Positions 46,510 to 56,860 of a stretch of 64,000 nt of DNA are shown in pieces. Within the stretch, counting starts at the first letter, position 1. Each line of letters starts with the position of its first letter. The notes below the pieces were generated by a model. The model was not told where the DNA came from. It searched no databases and was given only the letters and a program-made list of their open reading frames with translations. Position numbers and translations under genes: made by a program. Source of the DNA: Thermotogota bacterium (GTDB taxonomy: Bacteria; Thermotogota; Thermotogae; Thermotogales; DSM-5069); assembly GCA_029551145.1 (NCBI GenBank), contig JAKPGA010000020.1, forward strand, positions 466-64,465. Reading direction: 5' to 3'.

Positions 46510-49039
46510 AGTGAGCAATTTCCTTGGAATAGAAAATTGCAGACTGGATTTCAAAGATGGTGTCTTTCTGATCCTGGGGCAAAACGGCGCGGGGAAATCT
46601 TCACTGCTTGAAGCAATCGTCTTTGCACTATATGGAACCGGTGTCAGGTATGGAAGAAAAAGCCCTCAAGACTACATACGTTCGGCAGCTTCTACTTGTC
46701 AAGTCAAGTTTTCTTTCTTGAGAAATGGGAAAAAATACGAGGTATTGAGACGTATAAGGTCCTCTGGTACCGAGGCATTGTTGACAGAGAACGATATGAT
46801 AATCGCGACTCAGAGAACCCATGTGGACAGAGAGCTTCAGAGAATTCTGGACACAACCTATGAGAGTTTCATAAGCACCTTCTTTCTGCCTCAAGGCAGG
46901 GCAACATATCTGCTCACAGCCAAAAGATCGGAGATCAATGACATAGTCTTTGATGTCCTTTTCCCCAAGAAGGTCCTCAGATCTGTGCAGGAAAAGGTCA
47001 ATGAGCTTGTGAAGAATCTTCAAGTGGAACACGAGAAAAAGCAGGCACGTTTGAGTGATTTGAGAACAAGAGCTCAGCAGATTTCCGACGTAGCGAGTAT
47101 GGAAAAGATTGAGTCTTATGACAAGAAATTGAGAGTTCTGCAAGAACGACTACAATCTTTGGAACAAAGGCTGAAGTCCATAGAGCAGGAGAGAATCACC
47201 TGGCAACAGATAAAGCAAATCGAAAAAAGTCTACAGGATTTGAGAAACCAGAGAAACAAATTGCTCGTTCAGGCAGAGGAAGAGAAAAAGACAAACCTTG
47301 CCAGGTCCGTGGGAAAAGACTATCAGATTCTGTTAAGCATTCGAGAGAGAGTCGAATCATTACGAAAAGAACACAGGAAAACGCAAGATCAGATAGAAAA
47401 GTACGAAAGCGAAATCTTGAAAGTTCAACAACAGCTTGCAGATCTTGAACAAGATCACAACAAAGTCGAGAGAGAAACAAACAGGCTCGTCCTCGAAAGA
47501 GATCAACTGCAGAAAATCGATTTACAGAGCGAACCTCTTTTGAACGATCTGAATCAGCTGAGGACTGTGCAGTCGTTTCTCGAACGCGAGAAGGCTGATC
47601 TGCAAACCAGTCTTTCCAATATTGAAAAGCAGGTATCCCAAAGGCAGAATTCACTCACAAAGATCAAGAACGCTCTTGAACAGCTTGAGAAAGAGTACGA
47701 TCAAATAAAAAACCAGACTCTACTGTGGATGTCCCAGGAAATAGCTCAGAACCTTCAAGACGGCGATACCTGTCCCGTGTGCGGAAGCATCTTTAGAAAA
47801 ACCACTGTTACACGGCAACACGCAGACATACAGAGATACGAGCAATTGAAAGAATCAATTGAGAAAAACCAACGGCAAAGCGAACAACTGACCCTTGAAA
47901 TCAGTTCATTATCCGAAGAAAAAGAAAGAACAAACCAGCGTTTGAACAAAATCAGCACAGATTTGCTTGATTGTACGCAGAAAATATACAAGATCGAAAC
48001 CGACCTTCGACAGATGGGCTACAACAGCTCTGTTAAACAGAGAATAAGAGATCTCTCAAAGCAAATAGAGGAGATGTTCAAAAAAAAGGTTCAGATTCAA
48101 TCGAATATCTCGAAGCTCGGTGAGACAAAACAGCAACTTGGTATGAGAGTTGAAGAGTACAAGAACGATCTAAAGAACCTTTCTTCTGAACTTGAAAAAC
48201 TGCAAAGCGAATCGATTGAACACGAAAAACGATTCTTAGAGAAATTGAACGAGGTTGGTTTGACGCCAAGGGAATTTGAAATCTATATAAGCAAAGAAAT
48301 ACCCAAACAGGGCAGTCTTGAGATGCTTCAGAGGGTTGACCTGCAAATTGAAAAAGGTCTTGAGGAACTCGATAAACTCAAAAAATCTGTCACGGTTGAA
48401 TACGAAAGATGTGAGAACGATTACAGAAAATCGGTCAGTGAACTGGAAGAGATAAGAAAACAAAGAGATGATTGCATCAAACAGAAAGCGGTAATCGAGC
48501 ACATGATCCAGGAGCTCAAGACAATCGAACAGCAGAAGAAAGAACTTCAAAAGGAATTCGAAGCGATACATAGAGAATATGAAATCGCGGAGTCAGTCAA
48601 GAGTACTCTCTCAGCCAGAGAATTTCAGTCTTTTGTCACAAACATAGTTCTTGATGAGATCATCACAAGAACAAATGATATGCTTGATGCCCTGACAGAC
48701 GGGAGATTCAAGATTCGAATCGAAGACACCGGTTTTGTTATCATTGATGGAAGCACTAACAGAAGTGCCGACGGCCTCTCCGGCGGAGAGAAAACCATGG
48801 TTTCGCTTGCCCTGGCGATCGCGATCGCCGAGACCTCAACAGGTCAGATGGAGCTCTTCTTCATAGACGAAGGGTTCTCTGCCTTAGATGAAGAGAATAA
48901 ATCACGGATTGCAAGTGCGTTGAAGCAAATGGAGAAATTGAACAAGGTGATCGGGTTCGTCACGCATGATCCACAGTTTGCAGAATACTTTGACAGGAAA
49001 CTCATGGTCACAAAGGGTGGTGTAGCCAAGTGGATTTAG
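46484..49039 (+). CDS. sbcC: SbcC/Rad50 ATPase
   Basis: GQNGAGKSS Walker A, long coiled coil, CPVCG zinc hook, LSGGE, IDEGF. Confidence 0.95.
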   Translation: MKIRPLSLEVSNFLGIENCRLDFKDGVFLILGQNGAGKSSLLEAIVFALYGTGVRYGRKSPQDYIRSAASTCQVKFSFLRNGKKYEVLRRIRSSGTEALLTENDMIIATQRTHVDRELQRILDTTYESFISTFFLPQGRATYLLTAKRSEINDIVFDVLFPKKVLRSVQEKVNELVKNLQVEHEKKQARLSDLRTRAQQISDVASMEKIESYDKKLRVLQERLQSLEQRLKSIEQERITWQQIKQIEKSLQDLRNQRNKLLVQAEEEKKTNLARSVGKDYQILLSIRERVESLRKEHRKTQDQIEKYESEILKVQQQLADLEQDHNKVERETNRLVLERDQLQKIDLQSEPLLNDLNQLRTVQSFLEREKADLQTSLSNIEKQVSQRQNSLTKIKNALEQLEKEYDQIKNQTLLWMSQEIAQNLQDGDTCPVCGSIFRKTTVTRQHADIQRYEQLKESIEKNQRQSEQLTLEISSLSEEKERTNQRLNKISTDLLDCTQKIYKIETDLRQMGYNSSVKQRIRDLSKQIEEMFKKKVQIQSNISKLGETKQQLGMRVEEYKNDLKNLSSELEKLQSESIEHEKRFLEKLNEVGLTPREFEIYISKEIPKQGSLEMLQRVDLQIEKGLEELDKLKKSVTVEYERCENDYRKSVSELEEIRKQRDDCIKQKAVIEHMIQELKTIEQQKKELQKEFEAIHREYEIAESVKSTLSAREFQSFVTNIVLDEIITRTNDMLDALTDGRFKIRIEDTGFVIIDGSTNRSADGLSGGEKTMVSLALAIAIAETSTGQMELFFIDEGFSALDEENKSRIASALKQMEKLNKVIGFVTHDPQFAEYFDRKLMVTKGGVAKWI

Positions 49040-49665
49040 AGCAGTACAAAACTCTTATAGACAGAATTGTGAGTGAAAGAGGTGTTCAGGCAATACCAAA
49101 GCTTTTGGAACTCCTGACAGATGAGAGTGAAGAGGTTAGAGAAATCGCTTTGCAGACGATCCAAAGATTCGGTGATCAGGCAAAGCCGATCCTGATGAGC
49201 AAGTTCAAACAAAAGATGCATGAACAGACCAAGAACGATGTTCTCACACTCTATTTGGTTGATATTCTTTCAGATTTTCAGGAGAAAGGCATAAAAAACG
49301 ATCTGTATAAACTTTTAAGCAGATATGACCAAGAAAGCGCCCAACTTGTCATCTATGAAGCACTCGCAAAACTCGGTGAAGGTGAAAAAATCATAGACAT
49401 CCTCAGCTATTTCCTGTTGGAGGACGAATACAGAAATGAACTCGCGGAACAAGTAATCATGGCACTTGCACACATTCATAACCACAAAGCCATCGACATA
49501 CTTGTCAAAGCTTACTACGACGAACAACTTCACCCCCAGGCAAAGCCGTTCATCGTAGAAGCGATCTCGATGATAACAATGAACGATCAACAGCTCTGGG
49601 AATATCTGCAACAGATAGCAGGAGAAAAGCTCCTGAAAGATCTCAAAGAATACCTCAAAAGTTAA
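49030..49665 (+). CDS. HEAT-repeat protein
   Basis: AIPKLLELLTDESEEVREIALQTI-type helical repeats; start overlaps the sbcC end. Confidence 0.75.
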   Translation: MDLEQYKTLIDRIVSERGVQAIPKLLELLTDESEEVREIALQTIQRFGDQAKPILMSKFKQKMHEQTKNDVLTLYLVDILSDFQEKGIKNDLYKLLSRYDQESAQLVIYEALAKLGEGEKIIDILSYFLLEDEYRNELAEQVIMALAHIHNHKAIDILVKAYYDEQLHPQAKPFIVEAISMITMNDQQLWEYLQQIAGEKLLKDLKEYLKS

Positions 49666-50921
49666 CCTCTCACCAACTTCCCTTCTTTGAAAACCATTGC
49701 GATCTTTTCTTTTTCTGCGAGCACCCTTATATTTTCCAAAGGATTTTCTTTCACAACGATTAGATCTGCCAATTTTCCCTGTTCGATAGTCCCAGTTATG
49801 CCAGACAGGCCTACGGCTTCAGCCGCATTTTTGGTCGCAGCAACGATCGCTTCCATCGGGGTCATGCCAATTCTTTCCACCAAAAGAACTATTTCCAGTG
49901 CATTATCGCCGTGTCTAAAAGCCTTGGTCCCGCCAAGAAAATCGGTCCCTGTTGCAAGCTTCACACCACTCCTGTAAGCCAATTTTATGTTCTGAATATG
50001 CGCCCTATAAACCTGTTCGCATTTCTTCAAACCCCATTCAGGTATGCCGATCTCTCGACCGTGCATCATGATGTGTTCGACAATCGACAGTGTTGGCACT
50101 ACTATCGCATTCTTTTCTTTTGCCAACTCGCAACATTCTTCGTCTATGTAAATAGCATGGGCAATTACCTTGACACCCGCTTGAAGCGAATTCTTTATTC
50201 CTTCGGTGCCCTGTGCATGCGCGTGAACGAATTTCTTCGCGTGCTCGGCTTCCTGAACAATTGCCTTGAGTTCATCGAGGGTGAACTGTGTGTATTCCGG
50301 CCTGTCTCTTTCAGAGAGTACGCCCCCTGTTGCGGAAACTTTGATAAAATCGGCTCCGCACCTGAGCGCGTAGCGAGCAGCCTTCTGGCACTCTTCAACG
50401 CCATCGCATATCAGAGAGCCTAAGGAAGTTTTGAATTTCGACTGCCTTGGATCTACGTAATCAATTGGTAGATAGTGTTCGTCCCCATGGCCGAAAGTCT
50501 GAGAGAGAGTATAACCGGCCGCCGATATCCTCGGTCCAGCTATCGTCCCCTCTTCGACAGCTTTCTTGATACTGACTGCAATCGCACCTCCCGCATCCCC
50601 TATAGTTGTAAAACCCGCATTGAGAAGCGCTTCCAGATCTTTGACAACCCTCGCGACAAAGACCTCATAGGGTGTCAAGAGAGACTCTTTCACCGTATCA
50701 CCTGTTCTCAAACCAGTCAGATGCAAATGCGCATCGATCAAACCCGGCAGAAGATAGCTCCCACTTAGATCGAATACCTTGGCGTCCTTGGGAACATCCA
50801 CAGAGTTTGCCAAGCCAACCTGCTGAATGTGCTTGCCTTGAATGAGCACCGTTCCAATGAATGGTTCTTTGCCCGTTCCATCCACGATCTTTGCGTTGAT
50901 CAGAACAACCGTATCAGACAT
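49662..50921 (-). CDS. Metal-dependent amidohydrolase (prolidase-like group)
   Basis: PGLIDAHLH, GADFIKV, HAHA, IAHA, TGTD, GKLADL. Confidence 0.9.
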   Translation of the reverse strand: MSDTVVLINAKIVDGTGKEPFIGTVLIQGKHIQQVGLANSVDVPKDAKVFDLSGSYLLPGLIDAHLHLTGLRTGDTVKESLLTPYEVFVARVVKDLEALLNAGFTTIGDAGGAIAVSIKKAVEEGTIAGPRISAAGYTLSQTFGHGDEHYLPIDYVDPRQSKFKTSLGSLICDGVEECQKAARYALRCGADFIKVSATGGVLSERDRPEYTQFTLDELKAIVQEAEHAKKFVHAHAQGTEGIKNSLQAGVKVIAHAIYIDEECCELAKEKNAIVVPTLSIVEHIMMHGREIGIPEWGLKKCEQVYRAHIQNIKLAYRSGVKLATGTDFLGGTKAFRHGDNALEIVLLVERIGMTPMEAIVAATKNAAEAVGLSGITGTIEQGKLADLIVVKENPLENIRVLAEKEKIAMVFKEGKLVRG

Positions 50922-50952
50922 TCAAACACCCCCACTTATGCAAGTTTTATGT

Positions 50953-50981
50953 ATGATAGAACAACTATCATCGCTTGTCAA
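50953..50981 (-). promoter_or_regulatory. sigma70 promoter of the amidohydrolase, overlapped by inverted repeat ATGATAG-N5-CTATCAT
   Basis: Minus strand TTGACA, 17-bp spacer, TATCAT; perfect 7-bp inverted repeat at 50953-50971. Confidence 0.65.
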
Positions 50982-51062
50982 CAAGCAAAAGAATGACATT
51001 AACCTTGGGTAACATTTGGGTTTACAGGCGGCTGTGATAGGATCTACTGTGGAGGTGATGAT

Positions 51063-52628
51063 GTGGATCGCCCAAAGATCAGGCTCGATAAGAAGCTTGT
51101 AGACTATGCAAGGCAACTGGCAAAAGAGATTACCGATGAGGTTCAACAAATGATCGAGCAGCACTCTACAGTCTCGGTAGAAAGAACTGTTCTAAGACTT
51201 TTTGGAGTAGACGGGGTAACAGACGATCAGATTCCACTGGTGAACGTGGTAGTAGACAAAATCAAAGAATGGGAAATGCTACAAGATGGGGTTGCAAAAC
51301 CTTTTGTAAACGCCATGGTTGTGCTCGACAAAAGTGCCCAACAAATAGCGGAGGCAATAGTGGATGGATTAGATCTCAGATCTTTGCCCCGTGCCTCAAA
51401 TGAAAAAATAAACATGAAAATGTTGGAACTTTCGCGTCAGTCGCTTGAAACCATATCAAAAAAAAGTCAGCAAAGAGAAGATCTTTTGAAAGAACTGGGC
51501 GATCCACCTCAGCCATACAAATATCTGATAGTTGCAACGGGAAACATCTATGAAGATGTCGTTCAGGCAAGGGCTGCTGTACAGCAAGGAGCAGACATAA
51601 TCGCCATTATCAGATCAACGGCACAGAGTCTGCTTGATTACGTTCCCTATGGTGCCACAACCGAGGGTTACGGTGGCACTTATGCGACACAGGAGAATTT
51701 CAGGATAATGAGACAAGCCCTTGATGACATGGCAAGAAAGGTCAAAAGATACGTGAGGCAGGTGAACTACGCCTCAGGTCTTTGTATGCCCGAAATCGCT
51801 GCACTTGCTGCCATGGAGGGGCTCGATATACTCCTGAATGATGCGATGTATGGAATTCTATTCAGAGACATAAACATGATAAGGACCTTTACCGATCAAT
51901 ACATCTCAAGATTGCTGTGTGCCTTCTCTGGTATAACGATAAACACAGGTGAGGATAACTATCTCACCACAGCCGATGCAATAGAAAAAGCGCACACAGT
52001 GACCGCTTCACAGTTGGTCAATGAACAATTTGCTCTCAAAGCCGGGATGAAGTCGCGGTTGATGGGTCTTGGGCATGCCTTTGAGATAGATCCAGATGTT
52101 GAAGATGGTCTCTTGTATGAAATAGCTCATGCAATGCTGGCAAGAGAACTCTTTGCGGATTATCCAATAAAGTACATGCCCCCAACGAAATTCATGACCG
52201 GAAATATCTTCAAGGGCTACGCAGTGGAGACTCTCTATAACCTTGTTTCCGTTATGACCGGGCAGAGTATACAGCTCTTGGGAATTCTCACCGAGGCGAT
52301 ACACACACCATATTTGCACGATAGATATCTCGCGTTGATCAACGCCAATTATGTCTTCAACAATGCTCGCCACCTTGGACGAGAGGTTATTTTCAAGAAG
52401 GATGGTTTCATCGAAAAACGCGCAAATCAAGTACTCAGAGAAGCGGTTGATTTGCTTGAACATACAAGAGATGTTGGTTTATTGAGAGCGATAGAAGAGG
52501 GACAGTTTGCAGATATTTCCCGTGCAAGAGATGGAGGAAAGGGACTGGAAGGTGTCTTCAGAAAATCAGAAAGCTACGTTAACCCCATACAGGATGAATT
52601 GGAAAAGCGTCTGGGGGTGAAAAAATGA
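51063..52628 (+). CDS. kamD: Lysine 5,6-aminomutase alpha subunit
   Basis: TVSVERTVLRL.GVDG, IVATGNIYED, IRSTAQSLLDYVP, NYASGLCMPE, GEDNYLTT, KYMPPTK. Confidence 0.93.
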   Translation: MDRPKIRLDKKLVDYARQLAKEITDEVQQMIEQHSTVSVERTVLRLFGVDGVTDDQIPLVNVVVDKIKEWEMLQDGVAKPFVNAMVVLDKSAQQIAEAIVDGLDLRSLPRASNEKINMKMLELSRQSLETISKKSQQREDLLKELGDPPQPYKYLIVATGNIYEDVVQARAAVQQGADIIAIIRSTAQSLLDYVPYGATTEGYGGTYATQENFRIMRQALDDMARKVKRYVRQVNYASGLCMPEIAALAAMEGLDILLNDAMYGILFRDINMIRTFTDQYISRLLCAFSGITINTGEDNYLTTADAIEKAHTVTASQLVNEQFALKAGMKSRLMGLGHAFEIDPDVEDGLLYEIAHAMLARELFADYPIKYMPPTKFMTGNIFKGYAVETLYNLVSVMTGQSIQLLGILTEAIHTPYLHDRYLALINANYVFNNARHLGREVIFKKDGFIEKRANQVLREAVDLLEHTRDVGLLRAIEEGQFADISRARDGGKGLEGVFRKSESYVNPIQDELEKRLGVKK

Positions 52629-53371
52629 ATACAGATCTAAGGAATATAAGACCTTATGGAGATCAGTCAGGTGATGGTGCCGTTCAACTGTCCTTCACCC
52701 TACCACTGCAGTATGGTCCACTCGCACGTGAAGCAGCAAAACGTCTGTGTGAGAATATGGGTTTTCAAGATATAACAATAGCAACGATGGAAGACATCGG
52801 AGAAAACTTCACTTTCTTTGTGATCTACGGTAAAACCACGGCATCGGTCGATGCTTCTGCAATAAAGGTAGTCGCTCCGAAATTCAAAAAGATGACACGC
52901 GAGCAGTTGGACGAAGTTGTCAAAAGGGAGTTCAACAGAAGAATAGTGGTAGTCGGAGCAACGATAGGGACCGATGCCCATACAGTTGGGCTTGATTCAA
53001 TACTCAACATGAAAGGTTTTCACGGAGATTATGGTCTTGAAAGGTACCACGCCTTCAAAGTCTACAACATGGGCGCACAGGTTTCACCTGTCGAGGTTGT
53101 GAAAAAGGTACGTGAGGTTGATGCAGATGTGATTTTGGTTTCTCAGGTTGTCACCCAGAGAAACGTCCACATAAAACATCTGACAGAACTCATGGATCTT
53201 CTTTACGCTGAGGGAGTGAGAGAAGATCTTCTGGTCGTAGTCGGTGGACCAAGAATCACACATGAGCTCGCCTTAGAACTCGGCTACGATGCTGGTTTCG
53301 GCGCCGGCACGACTCCAAGTGATGTAGCCAATTTCATTGTTCAAGAGCTTTTGAGGAAATATTCTCGCTGA
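52625..53371 (+). CDS. kamE: Lysine 5,6-aminomutase beta subunit (AdoCbl-binding)
   Basis: RPYGD..GDG.VQLSFTLP, cobalamin DxHxxG (TDAHTVG), PLP Lys in NMKG. Confidence 0.93.
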   Translation: MNTDLRNIRPYGDQSGDGAVQLSFTLPLQYGPLAREAAKRLCENMGFQDITIATMEDIGENFTFFVIYGKTTASVDASAIKVVAPKFKKMTREQLDEVVKREFNRRIVVVGATIGTDAHTVGLDSILNMKGFHGDYGLERYHAFKVYNMGAQVSPVEVVKKVREVDADVILVSQVVTQRNVHIKHLTELMDLLYAEGVREDLLVVVGGPRITHELALELGYDAGFGAGTTPSDVANFIVQELLRKYSR

Positions 53372-55964
53372 TCAATTTTCTGACAAACTCTTCTTCTTGA
53401 TCGTCGGTGATTATCCCATCGAGTTTTGCACAATAAAGTCTCTCAAGGATATCACCGACGACCCTTCCTGGGTTTAAGCCAAGGTTTCTTGTGAGAAAGT
53501 TTCCTTTGATCTTCAACTTGGTCTGCGCCGTTCTTTTCAAGTATTCCTTGAGATACTCTTGAGAATCGGCATCGAGATAGGACGCCAAGTAACAATAGGC
53601 TTCGGATGAAAATCCCTGTGTCATCTTGTGTATATCGGAGAAATTCAATCTCATAGAAACAACCTTTGAGAGTGGCACAATCATTTTCATAAGAATCTTC
53701 AGTTCATCGATGAACGATGATGAAAGCCCGTATCTTTCCTTTAGTTGATCCAACGCCGTGTCGCCGTGATATTCCAGAAAAACGAACATCACGCAGTAAA
53801 ACCTGTTGATCTTTTCGAAGAATTCCTCAGCCCACGAAATGAAACCAAAGAGCGATTTCAGTTTTTCCTCCATGGTCGTCGTGTAGAAAACACCTGGAAA
53901 CATGTGCTTGAGAATCTCAAAATCGGCCAACCTTTTCAAAGCGGCAGGTGGGTCCTTTTCTTCCAAGATCTTCTCAAACTCTTGTCTCAATCTCTGACCT
54001 GTCACTTTCTCCAAATAACCGTGCTGTACCGCTTGCAACATCAGCTGAGTCGTCTGTAGCTCAATTTTGAAGCCAAAGCGTGTTTCAAATCTCACCGCTC
54101 TCAGAATTCTGGTAGGATCTTCTATGAAACTCAATGTGTGAAGACATCTTATTAATTTGCCCTCCAAGTCTTTTTTCGCACCGAAAAAGTCTATCAAGGT
54201 ACCGAAGTCTTTCGAATTGAGCTTTATCGCCATTGCGTTTATGGTGAAGTCCCTTCTGTACAGATCCTTCTTTATCGTGCTGATTTCAACCTGAGGCAGT
54301 TCTGTGGGAGCTTGATAGTATTCGGTTCGTGCGGTTGCCACATCTATTCTGAAACCGTTTTTGATGAACAGAGAAGCGGTCAGAAATTTCTCATATGTCA
54401 CCAATCTCGCATTGAGTTTCTCTGCCGCAAGCTTGGCAAAGGCAAGACCATCTCTCTCTACAACTATATCTATATCGTAGTTCGGATTGCCCATCAACAA
54501 ATCTCTCACAAAGCCACCTACTATGTAGACTGAAAGACCAATCTCGTCACCATACTGACCCAGCTGTTTGAGCAGATCAATTACCTTCTTGGGTAGACTG
54601 GTCATCAACAGATTGCGAACATCAACAAAGGTAGTTTGAACTGTCTCGTGGATTGCCTTTCTTGGGGGGCGAACAACGGCATCGGTGAAACTCGATCTCA
54701 TGACATCTGTTCTGGTTATTATGCCAACCAGGACCCCATGTTCAACAACCGGTATTCGACCGATGTCGTTTTCGATCATGGTCTGTCTCACTTTGTTCAG
54801 GGGCGTTTCTGGTGTAACAACTATCAACTTGCTGGACATAATTGATTTGATCGGTGCGTTCTGTAAGCCATGGTTCATCGCCCTATCAACGGCCTTTTTT
54901 GTGACGATCCCAACCAATTTGTTTCCTTCGATTATCGGCAGGCCGTTGTGGCCTGTCCTTTCCATGATCTTGTTGACCTCACCGATGGTCATCTCTGCGT
55001 AGGCCACTCTCACTGGAAAAGACATTATATCTCTTGCGCGTAGCCCTTTGTTCAGGTATTTCTTCAGTGTCTGCAGTATAATCTTTTTGACCTCTTGAAC
55101 ATCGTTGGTATTCAGTGTACAGCTTGCTGCCTTGCGATGGCCACCGCCACCAAGTTCAGTTATCATGCCACCTATATCCACATCGTTGGAAGAGGTTCGA
55201 CCAATGATATGTGTTTTTTTGCCCGTTCTGATGATACATATGAGCGTCTCCACACCTTCCAAGTACCACAGCTTGCTGGTTACGGCGTTCAAACCGCCAA
55301 CGAATTTGTCGGTTTCGGCGACGCTTACGCTGAGAGTGATCCCATCGATTTGAACTGTCTCCATATTTGACAAAAGCGATTCGAAAATGAGTTTCTGATC
55401 GTAATTGAGGTCGTATTTTATGAAATCTGACACTTCGATGAGATTTGTCCCTTTCTGCAGCAAAAACTTGATTGCTTCAATGTCGCGAACGGTGGTTGTT
55501 GTGTAAAGCAAATTCCCAGTATCTTCGTATATCGCTATCGCAAAAAGTGTCGCGTCGATGGAATCGATTGAGATGTTTTTCTTTCTTATTTCTTCAAGCA
55601 GCATCGTAGTCGTTGCGCCAACACTCTCTATTCTTTTTTCACCATTGATAGATATCTCCTTTATATCTGGATGATGATCAAAGATAAGAACTTGTGAGGT
55701 ATTTTCAACGATTGCCTGAATTGGTACTCCTAATCTTTCCTTTGAGGCTGTATCAACGACGATTACCGACTCCACAGATTGGTCTGCCAGATCTTTTTCA
55801 GTGATGAATGGGTATTTTTCTTCGTATATCGCGAGATACTGTGCCAGATTCTGTTGAGGTGTTCCACTCAGCACAATCGTGTAGTCTGGGTAGAGTTTTC
55901 GAACCGCAACACATGAAGCAAAACAATCAAAATCAGGGTTCTTGTGACCTACGATGATCTTCAA
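53334..55964 (-). CDS. cca: Class II tRNA nucleotidyltransferase with DHH/DHHA1 and CBS domains
   Basis: GH.NPDFD, FDHH, GGGGH, CBS pair, VGGFVRD, YDIDI, RRDFTINAMA, EDPTRILR. Confidence 0.93.
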   Translation of the reverse strand: MKIIVGHKNPDFDCFASCVAVRKLYPDYTIVLSGTPQQNLAQYLAIYEEKYPFITEKDLADQSVESVIVVDTASKERLGVPIQAIVENTSQVLIFDHHPDIKEISINGEKRIESVGATTTMLLEEIRKKNISIDSIDATLFAIAIYEDTGNLLYTTTTVRDIEAIKFLLQKGTNLIEVSDFIKYDLNYDQKLIFESLLSNMETVQIDGITLSVSVAETDKFVGGLNAVTSKLWYLEGVETLICIIRTGKKTHIIGRTSSNDVDIGGMITELGGGGHRKAASCTLNTNDVQEVKKIILQTLKKYLNKGLRARDIMSFPVRVAYAEMTIGEVNKIMERTGHNGLPIIEGNKLVGIVTKKAVDRAMNHGLQNAPIKSIMSSKLIVVTPETPLNKVRQTMIENDIGRIPVVEHGVLVGIITRTDVMRSSFTDAVVRPPRKAIHETVQTTFVDVRNLLMTSLPKKVIDLLKQLGQYGDEIGLSVYIVGGFVRDLLMGNPNYDIDIVVERDGLAFAKLAAEKLNARLVTYEKFLTASLFIKNGFRIDVATARTEYYQAPTELPQVEISTIKKDLYRRDFTINAMAIKLNSKDFGTLIDFFGAKKDLEGKLIRCLHTLSFIEDPTRILRAVRFETRFGFKIELQTTQLMLQAVQHGYLEKVTGQRLRQEFEKILEEKDPPAALKRLADFEILKHMFPGVFYTTTMEEKLKSLFGFISWAEEFFEKINRFYCVMFVFLEYHGDTALDQLKERYGLSSSFIDELKILMKMIVPLSKVVSMRLNFSDIHKMTQGFSSEAYCYLASYLDADSQEYLKEYLKRTAQTKLKIKGNFLTRNLGLNPGRVVGDILERLYCAKLDGIITDDQEEEFVRKLISENISSKALEQ

Positions 55965-56746
55965 GATTTTTTCCTCCTAAGCGTTATTTGCTGCCCTTGG
56001 CTCATTTTGAAAAATTCTTCTGCGGAAGCCTGATTGACTGCTATTTCCAAAAAACCGGAACTATCAACATGAACAAGGCCATGTGATTTGGCAACATCAC
56101 CATAGGCTCGCACAAATGAAAGCTCGTACCTGTCGTTTAGCAGTACGATATCATCGATTTCCCACCCGAGTTTTTCCACAAATGCTGCAGGTATATTTGT
56201 TTCTATGTTTCCAAACCCATCACAGTACACAACCTCTCCAATCAGCGCATCTTTTTCAACCTGAGCGACCTTCACTGGCAAAACTATGTAGTTCGGTAGC
56301 ACACTGCCAACCTCTTCAAATGGAACACCTTTTGACAAATGACCCGCCACAGACGCAAAAATATCTCTCCCGTGGAAGGTGTAAGAAGAACCATAGTGCA
56401 GTGATTTATTGTCAAGTTCTCTGACCTGTTTGACACCGTAATTCAGAGCAACATACGTGAAAATCCCATTGTCTGGACCAACATAGAATTGCTCATTTCT
56501 TGTTCTCATGCAGATCGCCTTTCGGCTTGTACCTACACCGTAATCAACCACAGCCGCGAAAACCGTCCCTTGTGGGAAATCCACCGAAGCCCTCAGAAGA
56601 ATGTGCGCAGCCATTCTCACATCGAACGGTTTGACATCGTGTGTGATGTCGATGATCTCCACCTTCGGGTTTATTCTCTTCATGACTGCCTTTGCCACAC
56701 CTACATAATAGCTCTTCAGTGACCAGTCTGTCAGAAAGGCTATCAT
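55961..56746 (-). CDS. SAM hydroxide adenosyltransferase / chlorinase-fluorinase family (DUF62)
   Basis: FLTDW, IDITH, VVD.GVGT.R, GPDNG, TFHGRD, DGFGN, LEIAVNQ. Confidence 0.92.
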   Translation of the reverse strand: MIAFLTDWSLKSYYVGVAKAVMKRINPKVEIIDITHDVKPFDVRMAAHILLRASVDFPQGTVFAAVVDYGVGTSRKAICMRTRNEQFYVGPDNGIFTYVALNYGVKQVRELDNKSLHYGSSYTFHGRDIFASVAGHLSKGVPFEEVGSVLPNYIVLPVKVAQVEKDALIGEVVYCDGFGNIETNIPAAFVEKLGWEIDDIVLLNDRYELSFVRAYGDVAKSHGLVHVDSSGFLEIAVNQASAEEFFKMSQGQQITLRRKKS

Positions 56747-56860
56747 CTTTCAACCTCCTTTGATAAAATACTACCACCATTTCAACAATTGTCTTGAACT
56801 GTTCGCTGTGAATGGTGTATACTCAATTGTGTTGAAATCATATCGCAAGGGGGTATGAAG

